Assembly (NCBI GenBank): GCA_035286985.1
Contig: DATECI010000064.1
Span: 1-25,066, forward strand
Origin: Gemmatimonadales bacterium
Lineage (GTDB): Bacteria; Gemmatimonadota; Gemmatimonadetes; Gemmatimonadales; GWC2-71-9
DNA length: 25,066 bases
Reading direction: 5' to 3'
Numbering within the stretch: the stretch's first letter is position 1; every line of letters starts with the position of its first letter. The notes beneath the pieces were generated by a model. It was not told where the DNA came from, did no database searches, and saw nothing but the letters and a program-made list of their open reading frames with translations. A program made the position numbers and the translations under genes. Positions 8,811 to 16,822 of the stretch are shown here, one piece after another.

Positions 8811-8839
8811 TTACCTGCCCGAAAGCGACCCACTAAGTT
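8811..8839 (+). promoter_or_regulatory. Putative sigma70-type promoter (TTACCT-N17-TAAGTT) for the V4R gene, probably leaderless
   Basis: TTACCT 8811-8816, a 17-nt spacer, TAAGTT 8834-8839, and GTG start 8 nt later (8848). No SD. Inference from spacing only. Confidence 0.35.
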
Positions 8840-8847
8840 GCCGCGGC

Positions 8848-9483
8848 GTGACCCTTCCGCCCCGGGATGGCCTGCATCCCCTCATTCCGCAAAGCCTCCT
8901 CGAGGCAATCCGGAATCTCGATACCCCGCTCGACGACGGCCTGAACGAGCTCGCCGGTGAGATCATGGCCAAGCGGCTCGGCCTGAGCCAGACCGTGGCT
9001 CAACAGATCGAGCGATACCAGGAAAGCGCGGCTCGCAAACACCTGGTACCTCAGGAGGAAGTGACCCTGATCTTCCGGTTGATTGGCCGGCGACCGGACG
9101 CCGCCCTGGTGTACTCCGATGCCGGCCGGCGCGCGGCCCGATACGCGGTACGATCGGCCGGGCCGGGGATCCGACTCGTGTGCAGTCTCAGTCCGGCGTC
9201 CCTCCGCTGGCGCCTGGGCCGGCCGGCGGCCGCGCGGGTAGCGCATCGGCTGCTCCGCATCGAGCTTCAGGTTCGGTCCCGGGAGGCCGTGGCGCGCCTG
9301 TCCGACTCACTTGCGACCCAGGCCGGCTATCCGGGAACCGGATGCTCCTTCTACGGTGCGGCGCTCGCGGAGCTCTTGCGGGTGACCAGCGGGTTCGAGG
9401 GAGCCATGGTCCACGAGCAGTGCCGCGGCCAGGGAGAGCCGTATTGCACCTGGCGGTCGGCGGAACCAGGAGGCTATGAATGA
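8848..9483 (+). CDS. Hypothetical protein with a C-terminal V4R (4-vinyl reductase/BchJ-like) domain
   Basis: Clean 211-aa ORF coupled to the M24 gene by ATGA. The C-terminus GCSFYGAALAELLR...MVHEQCRGQGEPYCTW has the Cys...Cys-x7-Cys arrangement of V4R domains. Confidence 0.65.
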   Translation: MTLPPRDGLHPLIPQSLLEAIRNLDTPLDDGLNELAGEIMAKRLGLSQTVAQQIERYQESAARKHLVPQEEVTLIFRLIGRRPDAALVYSDAGRRAARYAVRSAGPGIRLVCSLSPASLRWRLGRPAAARVAHRLLRIELQVRSREAVARLSDSLATQAGYPGTGCSFYGAALAELLRVTSGFEGAMVHEQCRGQGEPYCTWRSAEPGGYE

Positions 9484-10700
9484 GGCCCTTGACGGCGGAA
9501 GACCGGGAAGCCCTCGGTGCCGCGCTGACCGCCTGCGGCGCGGACGGCTGGCTCCTGTTCGATTTTCAGGGCCACAACCCCGTGGCCGGGCGTTTCCTGG
9601 GACTGGGCGGGTTAGGATCGCGGCGGTTGTTCGTCCTCCTCACTCCGGTGGGCGACCCGGTTGCGGTGGCCCACAAGATCGAGCTGGGACCGCTGGAGGA
9701 CTTTCCCGGCCGGATCGTTCCCTACGCCCGGCGGGAGGAGCTCGCCGCGGCGCTGGGAGAGCTGGTGGGGGGCAAGACCGTGGCCATGGAGATCTCGGAA
9801 CAGAACGGGGTTCCTTATCTGGATCGGGTCCCTCACGGCGTCGTCGAGCTGATCCAGGCGCTCGGCGGCAGGGTGGTATCGAGCGCGTCCCTGGTGACCC
9901 GGTTCGTGTCGCGGTGGAGCAGCGAGGAGGCGGCGCAACACGTCAAGGCGGCGGAAGCTCTGGCCCGGATCGCGAGGGAAGCGCTCGCCTTCGCGGTAGC
10001 TCGCGGGCGGACCGGCCTGACCGAGTCCGCTCTGCAACGCCGGGTGATGGATGCCATGGCTGGGGAGGGCATCGTCCCCGATCACCCACCGATCGTCGGG
10101 TTTGGACCCAACGCCGCCAATCCTCACTACGAACCGGTTCAGGGCAGGGATCGAACCCTGGCTCCGAACGAGATCGTCCTTCTCGACCTGTTCGGGCGGT
10201 ATCCCGGCGCGATCTCTGCGGATCAGACCTGGATGGGGTTCAGCGGGCCCCGGCCGCCCGATCGGGTGCGAACGGTCTGGACTGTGGTGCGCGACGCGCG
10301 GGATGCCGCCCTTGACCTCATACGCCAGGCGGCGAAGCGGGGCGACCGGCTGGCCGGCTACCAGGTGGATCGAGCGGCCCGCGAGGTGATCGAGCGGGCG
10401 GGCCTCGGCGAGTATTTTGTGCACCGAACCGGTCACTCGATCGACCAGGACCTACACGGCTCGGGTCCTCATATGGACGACTACGAAACCCGGGACGACC
10501 GCATCATCCTGCCGGGATGCGGTTTCTCGGTTGAGCCGGGGGTCTACCTGCCAGGTGAATTCGGAGTCCGGAGCGAGGTGAACGTCTACTGGGGACCGGA
10601 GGGGCCGGTGGTGACGCCCGCAGCGATCCAACGGGAGCTCATTACCGGCGAGAAAGCGTCAACGGTCAACGGTCAACGGTCAACGGGAACTGCCCCGTAG
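9480..10700 (+). CDS. M24 family metallopeptidase (Xaa-Pro aminopeptidase/prolidase-like)
   Basis: Pita-bread metal ligands are present: VLLDLF (D), SADQTW (D), HRTGHSI (H), SVEPGVY (E), VRSEVN (E). The last residues (STVNGQRSTGTAP) are encoded by repeat copy B. Confidence 0.92.
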   Translation: MRPLTAEDREALGAALTACGADGWLLFDFQGHNPVAGRFLGLGGLGSRRLFVLLTPVGDPVAVAHKIELGPLEDFPGRIVPYARREELAAALGELVGGKTVAMEISEQNGVPYLDRVPHGVVELIQALGGRVVSSASLVTRFVSRWSSEEAAQHVKAAEALARIAREALAFAVARGRTGLTESALQRRVMDAMAGEGIVPDHPPIVGFGPNAANPHYEPVQGRDRTLAPNEIVLLDLFGRYPGAISADQTWMGFSGPRPPDRVRTVWTVVRDARDAALDLIRQAAKRGDRLAGYQVDRAAREVIERAGLGEYFVHRTGHSIDQDLHGSGPHMDDYETRDDRIILPGCGFSVEPGVYLPGEFGVRSEVNVYWGPEGPVVTPAAIQRELITGEKASTVNGQRSTGTAP

Positions 10701-10754
10701 AGACGAGCTTCTCTGTTAGGGGTACCTGTTGACGGTTGACCGTTGACTGGTGAC
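10658..10754. repeat. Inverted tandem-heptamer element, copy B, between convergent M24 and heme o synthase genes
   Basis: (GTCAACG)x4 at 10658-10685, then GGAACTGCCCC. The central palindrome is AGAGA...TCTCT with CCCC...GGGG. Right arm TGTTGAC-GGTTGAC-CGTTGAC-TGGTGAC (10727-10754). Confidence 0.88.
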
Positions 10755-10770
10755 GCGGTTCCGGTACGGC

Positions 10771-11679
10771 CTATCTCCCCAGAATCACCACCTCCGGGGC
10801 CCGCTCCCGGTGCCCGAACGGCACGTACCGGTCCACGCCCATCGCGCAGAAGAGCAAGGCGAGGTAGAGCAAGGAGTAGCGGTACATCCGCCACGCCAGG
10901 GGAGACGGGCCTGGTTCCTTGAGCAGCTTGAGGCAATACCAGAGCAACCGCCCGCCGAGGATCAGGGCTGCCCCGGCATAGAGGAGACCCTGGGACCCTG
11001 CCAGGGTTGGCAGGATCGTGAGGGGGAGGAGCATCAGGGTGTATCCTAGCATCTGGACCTTGGTCTCGTGGGCGCCCCTGACGACCGGCAGCATCGGCAC
11101 TCCGGCCCTGGCGTACTCCTTTTCCTTGATGAGGGCCAGTGCCCAAAAGTGGGGTGGGGTCCAGTAACAGATGATGGCGAAGAGATACAGGGCCGCCCAG
11201 TCGAGGGAATTGGTCATCGCGGCCCATCCGACCAGAGGCGGGAAGGCACCGGCCGCTCCCCCGATCACGATGTTCTGCGGGCTGGCCCGCTTGAGCCACA
11301 TCGTATAGACGAAGACGTAAAACAGCAGTCCCGCGGTGGCGAGCCAGGCTGCCAGCGGCGTCACGAAGCGCCAGAAGAGCGCAAACGATGCGAGGCCAAG
11401 CCCGATCCCGAACAGGAGCGCCGCTCCCGCAGGAAGCCGGCCGGAGGGTATCGGCCGCAGCCGGGTCCGGGGCATCGCGGTATCGATGTCGCGATCGAAC
11501 CACATGTTGATCGCGTTGGCCCCCCCGGCCATGAGATAACCGGCCAGCAGAACCCAGCCGATCAGGGCGAGACTCGGGAGGCCCCGGTCGGTGAGGAACA
11601 TCGGCGCGATGGTGGTCAGGAGCAGGAGCGAGACCACCCGCGGCTTGGTCAGGGTGATGAGGTCCCGAAACAGGCCCAT
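10771..11679 (-). CDS. cyoE: Protoheme IX farnesyltransferase (heme o synthase, CyoE/CtaB; UbiA family)
   Basis: LTKPRV, NMWFDRDIDTAMPRTRLRPIPSGR, YTMWLKR, NIVIGGAAGAFPPLVGWAA, WTPPHFWALAL, EYARAGVPMLPV: all canonical heme o synthase motifs. Confidence 0.97.
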   Translation of the reverse strand: MGLFRDLITLTKPRVVSLLLLTTIAPMFLTDRGLPSLALIGWVLLAGYLMAGGANAINMWFDRDIDTAMPRTRLRPIPSGRLPAGAALLFGIGLGLASFALFWRFVTPLAAWLATAGLLFYVFVYTMWLKRASPQNIVIGGAAGAFPPLVGWAAMTNSLDWAALYLFAIICYWTPPHFWALALIKEKEYARAGVPMLPVVRGAHETKVQMLGYTLMLLPLTILPTLAGSQGLLYAGAALILGGRLLWYCLKLLKEPGPSPLAWRMYRYSLLYLALLFCAMGVDRYVPFGHRERAPEVVILGR

Positions 11680-11734
11680 CTAATCCTGGAAGTTAAAGTC
11701 GGTCGTCGGGCGGCCCCGACTGGCAAAACCCGGC

Positions 11735-11756
11735 GGGCAATATATACCTTTTGCCC
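11735..11756. promoter_or_regulatory. Palindrome GGGCAA-TATATACCTT-TTGCCC in the divergent cyoE/APC intergenic region (possible operator overlapping a -10 element)
   Basis: Perfect 6-bp inverted arms flank an AT-rich 10-nt core. The palindrome is seen directly; its function is inferred. Confidence 0.35.
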
Positions 11757-11809
11757 TTCCCCCACCGGAGAAACCTCGTGCGCCAATGCGGCCGTGCGGC
11801 CGCCCTCCC

Positions 11810-13165
11810 ATGACTCAAGCCCAGGTTCGCGATCCCTGGGGCGAGCGGCTTCCCCGCACGGTGGGGCTGTTCGCCTCGATCATGGTGCTGATCGGGATCA
11901 CGATCGGGAGCGGAATCTTCCGGGTCCCGGCCACGGTGGCGCAGTCGCTTCCGTCGCCGGGGCCCTTCCTGCTGGTGTGGATCCTGGGCGGAATGCTCGC
12001 CTTGTTTGGGGCGTTGACGCTCGGCGAGCTGGCGGCCCTTTACCCCCGCAGCGGCGGTATTCTGGCGTACCTCGAGGAAGGCTTCGGCCCGATGCCGGCT
12101 TTCCTGTTCGGGTGGTCCCAGCTCGTGGTCATCCGGGCTTCGGCGCTGGGAGCGATCTCCACGATCTTCGCCGAGTATCTCGGCCGGTTCGTGCCGGTCA
12201 GTGCGGAGCAGGTCCACTGGGTGGCGGCCGGGCTCATTATCGTGGTCGGGGTTCTGAATTGGGTCGGGGTCCAGCGAGCGGCCGCGGTCAACAACCTGGC
12301 CACCGCGGTCAAGTACGGGGCCTTGATCGGCTTGGTCCTGCTGGCGTTTACCGCTCCCACCGGCTCGGCGGAGCACTTCACCCCGGCCTGGGCCGGCGCC
12401 ATCTCGGTTTCCGCCCTGGCCACCGCCCTGGTCCCGGTCATGTGGGCGTATGACGGCTGGGCCGATCTTTCCTTCATGGGTGGCGAGGTCAAGGACCCGG
12501 GCCGCACCCTTCCCCGGGCGCTGATTCTGGGCACCCTCGCCATCATCGCGATTTATCTCCTGGTGAACCTGGCCTACATCTATCTGGTTCCGCTGTCCGA
12601 GATGGCCCAGCCCCAGTCGGGCTTGATCGCGGCGACCGCCGCCGAGCGGATTCCCGCGCTGGGGGGTCTGGGGGCGCGGATCATCGCGGCGGTGGTGATG
12701 ATCTCGACGTTCAGCAGCGTGAATGGGACCATGATGGCGAGCCCGAGGATCTTCTTCGGGATGGCAGACCGGGGTCTGTTTTTCCGGGGCATCGCCCGGG
12801 TGTCGCCCCGGTTCCGGAGCCCCTCCACCGCGATCTTTCTGGCCAGCAGCCTCGGTGTGCTGTACGTCCTCTTCAACGATTTTCAGCAACTGGCGGACAA
12901 GTTCGTGCTGGGCATTTTCCCCTTCTACGTGCTCGCCGTGCTGGCGGTGTTCGTGTTGCGGCGGCGGGCTCCGACATTGGCGCGGCCCTACCGGGTGCTG
13001 GGATTTCCGGTCGTTCCCGTGGTTTTCCTGCTCGGGGCAGTGGGGATGATCGGGAACGCGCTGCTGACCAACACCGTGGATACGGCGATCACCTTCGGCA
13101 TCATTCTGGTGGGCATTCCGGTCTTTTACGCCGCCAAAGCCGCGGGGAAGATCAAGACCTCGTAA
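11810..13165 (+). CDS. APC family amino acid permease (LAT/SteT-like)
   Basis: Likely start MTQAQ at 11810. TM1 GITIGSGIF, LTLGELAALYPRSGG, TM6 MWAYDGW, GEVKDPGRTLPRA, and RPYRVLGFP. Confidence 0.93.
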   Translation: MTQAQVRDPWGERLPRTVGLFASIMVLIGITIGSGIFRVPATVAQSLPSPGPFLLVWILGGMLALFGALTLGELAALYPRSGGILAYLEEGFGPMPAFLFGWSQLVVIRASALGAISTIFAEYLGRFVPVSAEQVHWVAAGLIIVVGVLNWVGVQRAAAVNNLATAVKYGALIGLVLLAFTAPTGSAEHFTPAWAGAISVSALATALVPVMWAYDGWADLSFMGGEVKDPGRTLPRALILGTLAIIAIYLLVNLAYIYLVPLSEMAQPQSGLIAATAAERIPALGGLGARIIAAVVMISTFSSVNGTMMASPRIFFGMADRGLFFRGIARVSPRFRSPSTAIFLASSLGVLYVLFNDFQQLADKFVLGIFPFYVLAVLAVFVLRRRAPTLARPYRVLGFPVVPVVFLLGAVGMIGNALLTNTVDTAITFGIILVGIPVFYAAKAAGKIKTS

Positions 13166-13192
13166 CAGTCCCGAATAGTCCTATAGCCACGC

Positions 13193-13220
13193 TTGATTTG
13201 CCGGGAGGGAGCGGTAACTT
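13193..13220 (+). promoter_or_regulatory. Putative sigma70-type promoter for the TonB-dependent receptor
   Basis: TTGATT (13193-13198), a 16-nt spacer, TAACTT (13215-13220). SD GGAGG at 13281-13285 precedes ATG 13292. Confidence 0.4.
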
Positions 13221-13291
13221 AGGGCCAATTGGGGGGGCGCTTCGCTCCCGATCCTCGTCATAGCGGTGATTTCCTCTTGCGGAGGCTGATC

Positions 13292-16200
13292 ATGAAGAGG
13301 TGGCTAGCTGCCGGTTCAGGGCTCGCGCTCCTGGGGCTCCTCTCGAGCTCCGCGCTTCCGGCTCAGGGCGTGACGACCGGGTCCATCAACGGGAAGGTGA
13401 CGAACCAGGAGGGCGCGCCGCTGGCCGGGGCGCGGGTCACCGCCGTGCACGGTCCTTCGGGCACGACCTATTGGGGCAGCACTCGAGCCGACGGCCGGGT
13501 GGCCCTTGCGGGATTGCGGGTGGGGGGACCCTACCGGGTCATTGCCGCCGCGATCGGATTCGAGGCCGGGACCCGGGACGACATTTTCATCACCCTGGGT
13601 GTGGCCACGGATCTGCAGTTTGCGCTCAGCCAGGCCGTGGTGACGCTCGAGGAGGTGAGAGTAACCGCCACCGGAGAGACGGTATTCAGCTCGGAACGGA
13701 CCGGGGCCGCCACCTCGATTCCCCGGGAAGTTCTGGGCACGCTGCCTACGATTTCGGGACGCCTGGAGGATCTCACCCGGCTGACCCCCCAGGTGCGAGG
13801 GACCTCGTACGCGGGGATGGACAACCGGCTGAATAACATCACCGTGGACGGATCTTACTTCAACAACGCTTTCGGCCTCGCGGGCTCGCCGGGCGAGCGG
13901 ACCAACGTCGCGCCGATCTCGCTGGCCGCCATCGAGCAGGTCCAGGTCAACATCGCTCCCTACGATGTGCGCCAGGGCCACTTCATCGGGGCCGGGGTCA
14001 ACACCGTGACCCGGAGCGGCACCAACGAGTTCACCGGTTCTTTGGGCTATGGGTGGCGCAGCGAGGGGCTGGTGGGCACGGAGACCGGACCGGGATTGCT
14101 CACGGTCAACCCCGGCACCTTCACCTTCAATCGGTATGGCGGCTATCTGGGCGGGCCGATCGTCAAGAACAAGCTCTTCTTCTTTGCCAGCTACGAACAT
14201 GACGGGCTGACTTCGCCGGGTACGACCTTCCGGACCAACACCGGCGGGGAAACCGTCGAAGGCAGCGTGACCCGGGTGCTCAAATCCGACATGGATGCGC
14301 TGCACGATTTCCTGCTGACCAACTTCAACTACGAAGCCGGGCCCTACGAGGGATATGATTTCGAGACGCCGGCTACCCGGTTCATCGGGAAGCTCGATTA
14401 CAACCTGAACGACCGGAACAAGTTCAGCCTTCGCTACAACCATCTGGACTCGTTCACCGACGTGCTGGAGTCGAACTCGTTCTCGCTCGGGGTGCTGGGG
14501 AACCGGCGCACCAATCTGAACTCGATCAACTTCCGGAACTCGAACTACCAGATCCTGGAGAATATCCGCTCGGTGGTCGGGGAGTGGAACTCGGCGCTCG
14601 GCCAGAACCTGCACAACAACCTCATCATCGGATACTCTCAGCACGACGAAAGCCGCGCGGTCCGGAACGGGGACGTGGGAGATCCGGCCACCTGGTTCCC
14701 GCTGGTGGACATTCAGAAGGACAATCTGACCTACACCTCCTTCGGCTTCGAGCCGTTCACCCCCAACAACGAGCTCCGGTACAACAGCCTCCAGCTGCAG
14801 AACAACCTCACCCTGTACGGGACCAAGCACGACTGGACCTTCGGGGTGAGCGGGGAACGGTACCGGTCCCATAACGTCTTCTTCCAGGGCGCGCAGAGCA
14901 TCTATGTCTATAACTCGCTGGAAGATTTCTACACCGACGCCAACGGATACGTGGCCAATCCGAGCCGGACCACTTCGCCGGTTAGCCTCCGGCGGTTCCA
15001 GGTGGCCTGGTCGAACATTCCCGGCTTGGAGAAGCCGATCCAGCCCCTCCGGGTCTGGTATGCGGGAGTCTATGCCCAGGACGAATGGCGGGTTTCCCCC
15101 AGCTTCAAGCTTACCATGGGCCTGAGGGTGGACATGCCGTTCTTCCAGAAAACCGGGTTCACCAATCCGCAGGCGAACGCCCTGACGTTCCGGGATGAGA
15201 GCGGAGCCCTGGTCCACTATCGGACCCAGCAGCTTCCGGGGAGGAACCCGAACTTGTCTCCCCGAGTCGGGTTCAACTGGGATGTGAGCGGCCAACGCAC
15301 CACTCAGGTTCGGGGTGGAACCGGCATCTTCAGCGGGCCCCCCTTGTACGTCTGGATTTCGAACCAGATCGGCAACAACGGGATGCTGACCGGGTTCCAG
15401 CAGATCGACAATACCAACACCCGGCCGTTCAACCCCGATCCCAACGCCTACAAGCCGACCACGATCAGCGGCGCGCCGGCTTCGAGCTACGCGCTGGCTT
15501 TCACCGACCCGGATTTCAAGTTCCCCCAGGTCTGGCGCACCAATGTCGGAGTGGACCACCGGCTCCCGTTCGGCATCGTCGGGACCGCGGAATTCATCTA
15601 CAATAGGGACATGAACGGGATCTATTACATCAACGCCAACCTGTCACGACCCCAGGGCAGGTTCACCGGAGTCGACACCCGGCCGCGGTGGTTCGCGAGC
15701 TGTCCCACGTCCAGCGGCGGATCGGGGACCTGCGCCCGGATCAATAACGTCGCCACCAGTGCCGTGGTCATGAAGAATCAGAGCGTGGGGCGCGCGTGGA
15801 ACATCGGCGGCGCGCTGGAGCGGCGGTTCCAGAGCGGGCTCTTTGCCAAAGTCGCCTACAACTACGGCGAGGCGAAGAATACGGTGGACCCGGGCTCCAT
15901 CGCCCTGGGTACCTGGCAGGGCATCGCGATCGTGAACGACCCCAACAATCCGGGCCTGGGCTACTCGTTCAATTCCCCGGGACACCGGGTATTCGCCACG
16001 GTGGCCTACCGGCGGGACTTCTTCAAGTTCGGCACGACCACGATCTCGGCGTTCTGGAACTCCCAGACGATCGGGAACACCAGTTACCTCTATGGAGGCG
16101 ATCTCAACCTGGACGGCAACGCGGCCAACGACCTGATCTACATTCCGCGCGATGCCAGCGAGATGAACTTCCAGCAGTACACTCAGTCCGCGTCAGCGAC

Positions 16201-16711
16201 CGCTTCGGCAAGGACCTTCACTCCCGCCGAGCAGGCCGCCGCGTGGGACGCGTACATCGAGCAGGATTCCTATCTCAGCAAGAAACGCGGCGAGTACGCG
16301 GCCCGGAACGCCGTGTTCCTCCCGATGGTCAAACGGCTCGACCTGAGTGTGTCCCAGGACCTCCACACCCTCATCGGCGGCCGGCGGAACGCGCTTCAGT
16401 TCCGGGCGGACTTCCTGAACTTCGGGAACCTCCTGAGCCACAAGTGGGGCGCCAGCCAGCGCCTGGTGAGCAATCAGCCCCTGCTGGTTCCCTCGTCCAG
16501 TCAGTCCGGCGTGGTTACCGGGTGCACCGGACCTGCGGTAGCCGGCCCGGCGGATGCCTGCGGCCGGGCGCAGCATCGGCTCCGGAACTTCGAAAAAGAG
16601 GGCCAGTTCAAGCTGATGGGTGAGTCGGGACTGGACCGCACGTTCGAACAGACTTCCAGCCTCGGTGATGTGTGGCAGCTGCAGTTCATGCTGCGGTACA
16701 TCTTTAACTAG
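13292..16711 (+). CDS. TonB-dependent outer-membrane receptor, Oar-like, with an N-terminal carboxypeptidase-regulatory-like domain
   Basis: Signal peptide MKRWLAAGSGLALLGLLSSSALPA after GGAGG. Ig-like domain SINGKVTNQEGAPLAGARVTAVH...GPYRV, TonB-box-like LEEVRVTA, plug NNITVDG...QVNIAPYDVRQGHFIGAGVNTVTRSGTNEFTGS, amphipathic beta strands, and C-terminal LRYIF with terminal Phe-Asn. Confidence 0.93.
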   Translation: MKRWLAAGSGLALLGLLSSSALPAQGVTTGSINGKVTNQEGAPLAGARVTAVHGPSGTTYWGSTRADGRVALAGLRVGGPYRVIAAAIGFEAGTRDDIFITLGVATDLQFALSQAVVTLEEVRVTATGETVFSSERTGAATSIPREVLGTLPTISGRLEDLTRLTPQVRGTSYAGMDNRLNNITVDGSYFNNAFGLAGSPGERTNVAPISLAAIEQVQVNIAPYDVRQGHFIGAGVNTVTRSGTNEFTGSLGYGWRSEGLVGTETGPGLLTVNPGTFTFNRYGGYLGGPIVKNKLFFFASYEHDGLTSPGTTFRTNTGGETVEGSVTRVLKSDMDALHDFLLTNFNYEAGPYEGYDFETPATRFIGKLDYNLNDRNKFSLRYNHLDSFTDVLESNSFSLGVLGNRRTNLNSINFRNSNYQILENIRSVVGEWNSALGQNLHNNLIIGYSQHDESRAVRNGDVGDPATWFPLVDIQKDNLTYTSFGFEPFTPNNELRYNSLQLQNNLTLYGTKHDWTFGVSGERYRSHNVFFQGAQSIYVYNSLEDFYTDANGYVANPSRTTSPVSLRRFQVAWSNIPGLEKPIQPLRVWYAGVYAQDEWRVSPSFKLTMGLRVDMPFFQKTGFTNPQANALTFRDESGALVHYRTQQLPGRNPNLSPRVGFNWDVSGQRTTQVRGGTGIFSGPPLYVWISNQIGNNGMLTGFQQIDNTNTRPFNPDPNAYKPTTISGAPASSYALAFTDPDFKFPQVWRTNVGVDHRLPFGIVGTAEFIYNRDMNGIYYINANLSRPQGRFTGVDTRPRWFASCPTSSGGSGTCARINNVATSAVVMKNQSVGRAWNIGGALERRFQSGLFAKVAYNYGEAKNTVDPGSIALGTWQGIAIVNDPNNPGLGYSFNSPGHRVFATVAYRRDFFKFGTTTISAFWNSQTIGNTSYLYGGDLNLDGNAANDLIYIPRDASEMNFQQYTQSASATASARTFTPAEQAAAWDAYIEQDSYLSKKRGEYAARNAVFLPMVKRLDLSVSQDLHTLIGGRRNALQFRADFLNFGNLLSHKWGASQRLVSNQPLLVPSSSQSGVVTGCTGPAVAGPADACGRAQHRLRNFEKEGQFKLMGESGLDRTFEQTSSLGDVWQLQFMLRYIFN

Positions 16712-16733
16712 GGAGTTAGATAGTTAGGGAGCT
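16710..16733. repeat. Degenerate tandem octamer AGGGAGTT-AGATAGTT-AGGGAGCT, starting in the receptor stop codon
   Basis: Same AGGGAG(C/T)T unit as at 1033-1056, directly adjoining heptamer copy C. Confidence 0.55.
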
Positions 16734-16747
16734 AGCAGAGGGACTGC

Positions 16748-16821
16748 GTCAACGGTCAATGGTCAACGGGAACTGCCTCGCGAGTGGGATCTCAACCGCG
16801 CGGCGGTTCCCGTTGACCGTT
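16748..16821. repeat. Inverted tandem-heptamer element, copy C, between convergent TonB-receptor and lptG genes
   Basis: GTCAACG-GTCAATG-GTCAACG-GGAACTGCC (16748-16777). GGTCAACGGGAACTGCC (16761-16777) pairs with GGCGGTTCCCGTTGACC (16802-16818) as a 17-bp stem with one G-U pair. Confidence 0.88.
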
Positions 16822-16822
16822 C

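Noticed and set aside
6725-8833. 702-aa fusion ORF as given in the track
   Set aside because: The first ~276 aa are an alternate frame overlapping the DUF92 gene. The true start is GTG 8002, coupled to the DUF92 stop. The track's upstream extensions for ccmB (2160), fabF (5115), SRPBCC (5791), flavin reductase (6899), receptor (13229), M28 (19475) and pilT (22717) were trimmed for similar reasons (overlap with the upstream gene, or a better-supported downstream start).
6725-9483. Photosynthesis gene cluster (bchP, bchJ)
   Set aside because: No bch, puf, puh or crt genes are in the window, and the resemblances are at family level only.
10658-10754. Heptamer hairpins as DNA uptake sequences, prompted by the nearby comEA/pil genes and by the inverted DUS pairs in Neisseria terminators
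   Set aside because: The copies are tandem arrays confined to gene junctions, not single motifs scattered through coding DNA. Nothing here supports the idea, though a genome-wide count would settle it.
13221-13291. Riboswitch (cobalamin or other) in the TonB-receptor leader
   Set aside because: The predicted leader is only about 65 nt with one small hairpin (GGGGGCG-CTT-CGCTCCC), and no B12-box or other conserved aptamer motif is visible.
13316-15559. 747-aa minus-strand ORF
   Set aside because: Codon-mirror shadow of the TonB-dependent receptor; no domain motifs.
13292-16711. SusC/SusD polysaccharide utilisation locus
   Set aside because: No SusD-like lipoprotein or glycoside hydrolase is adjacent, and the plug motifs are Oar-like.
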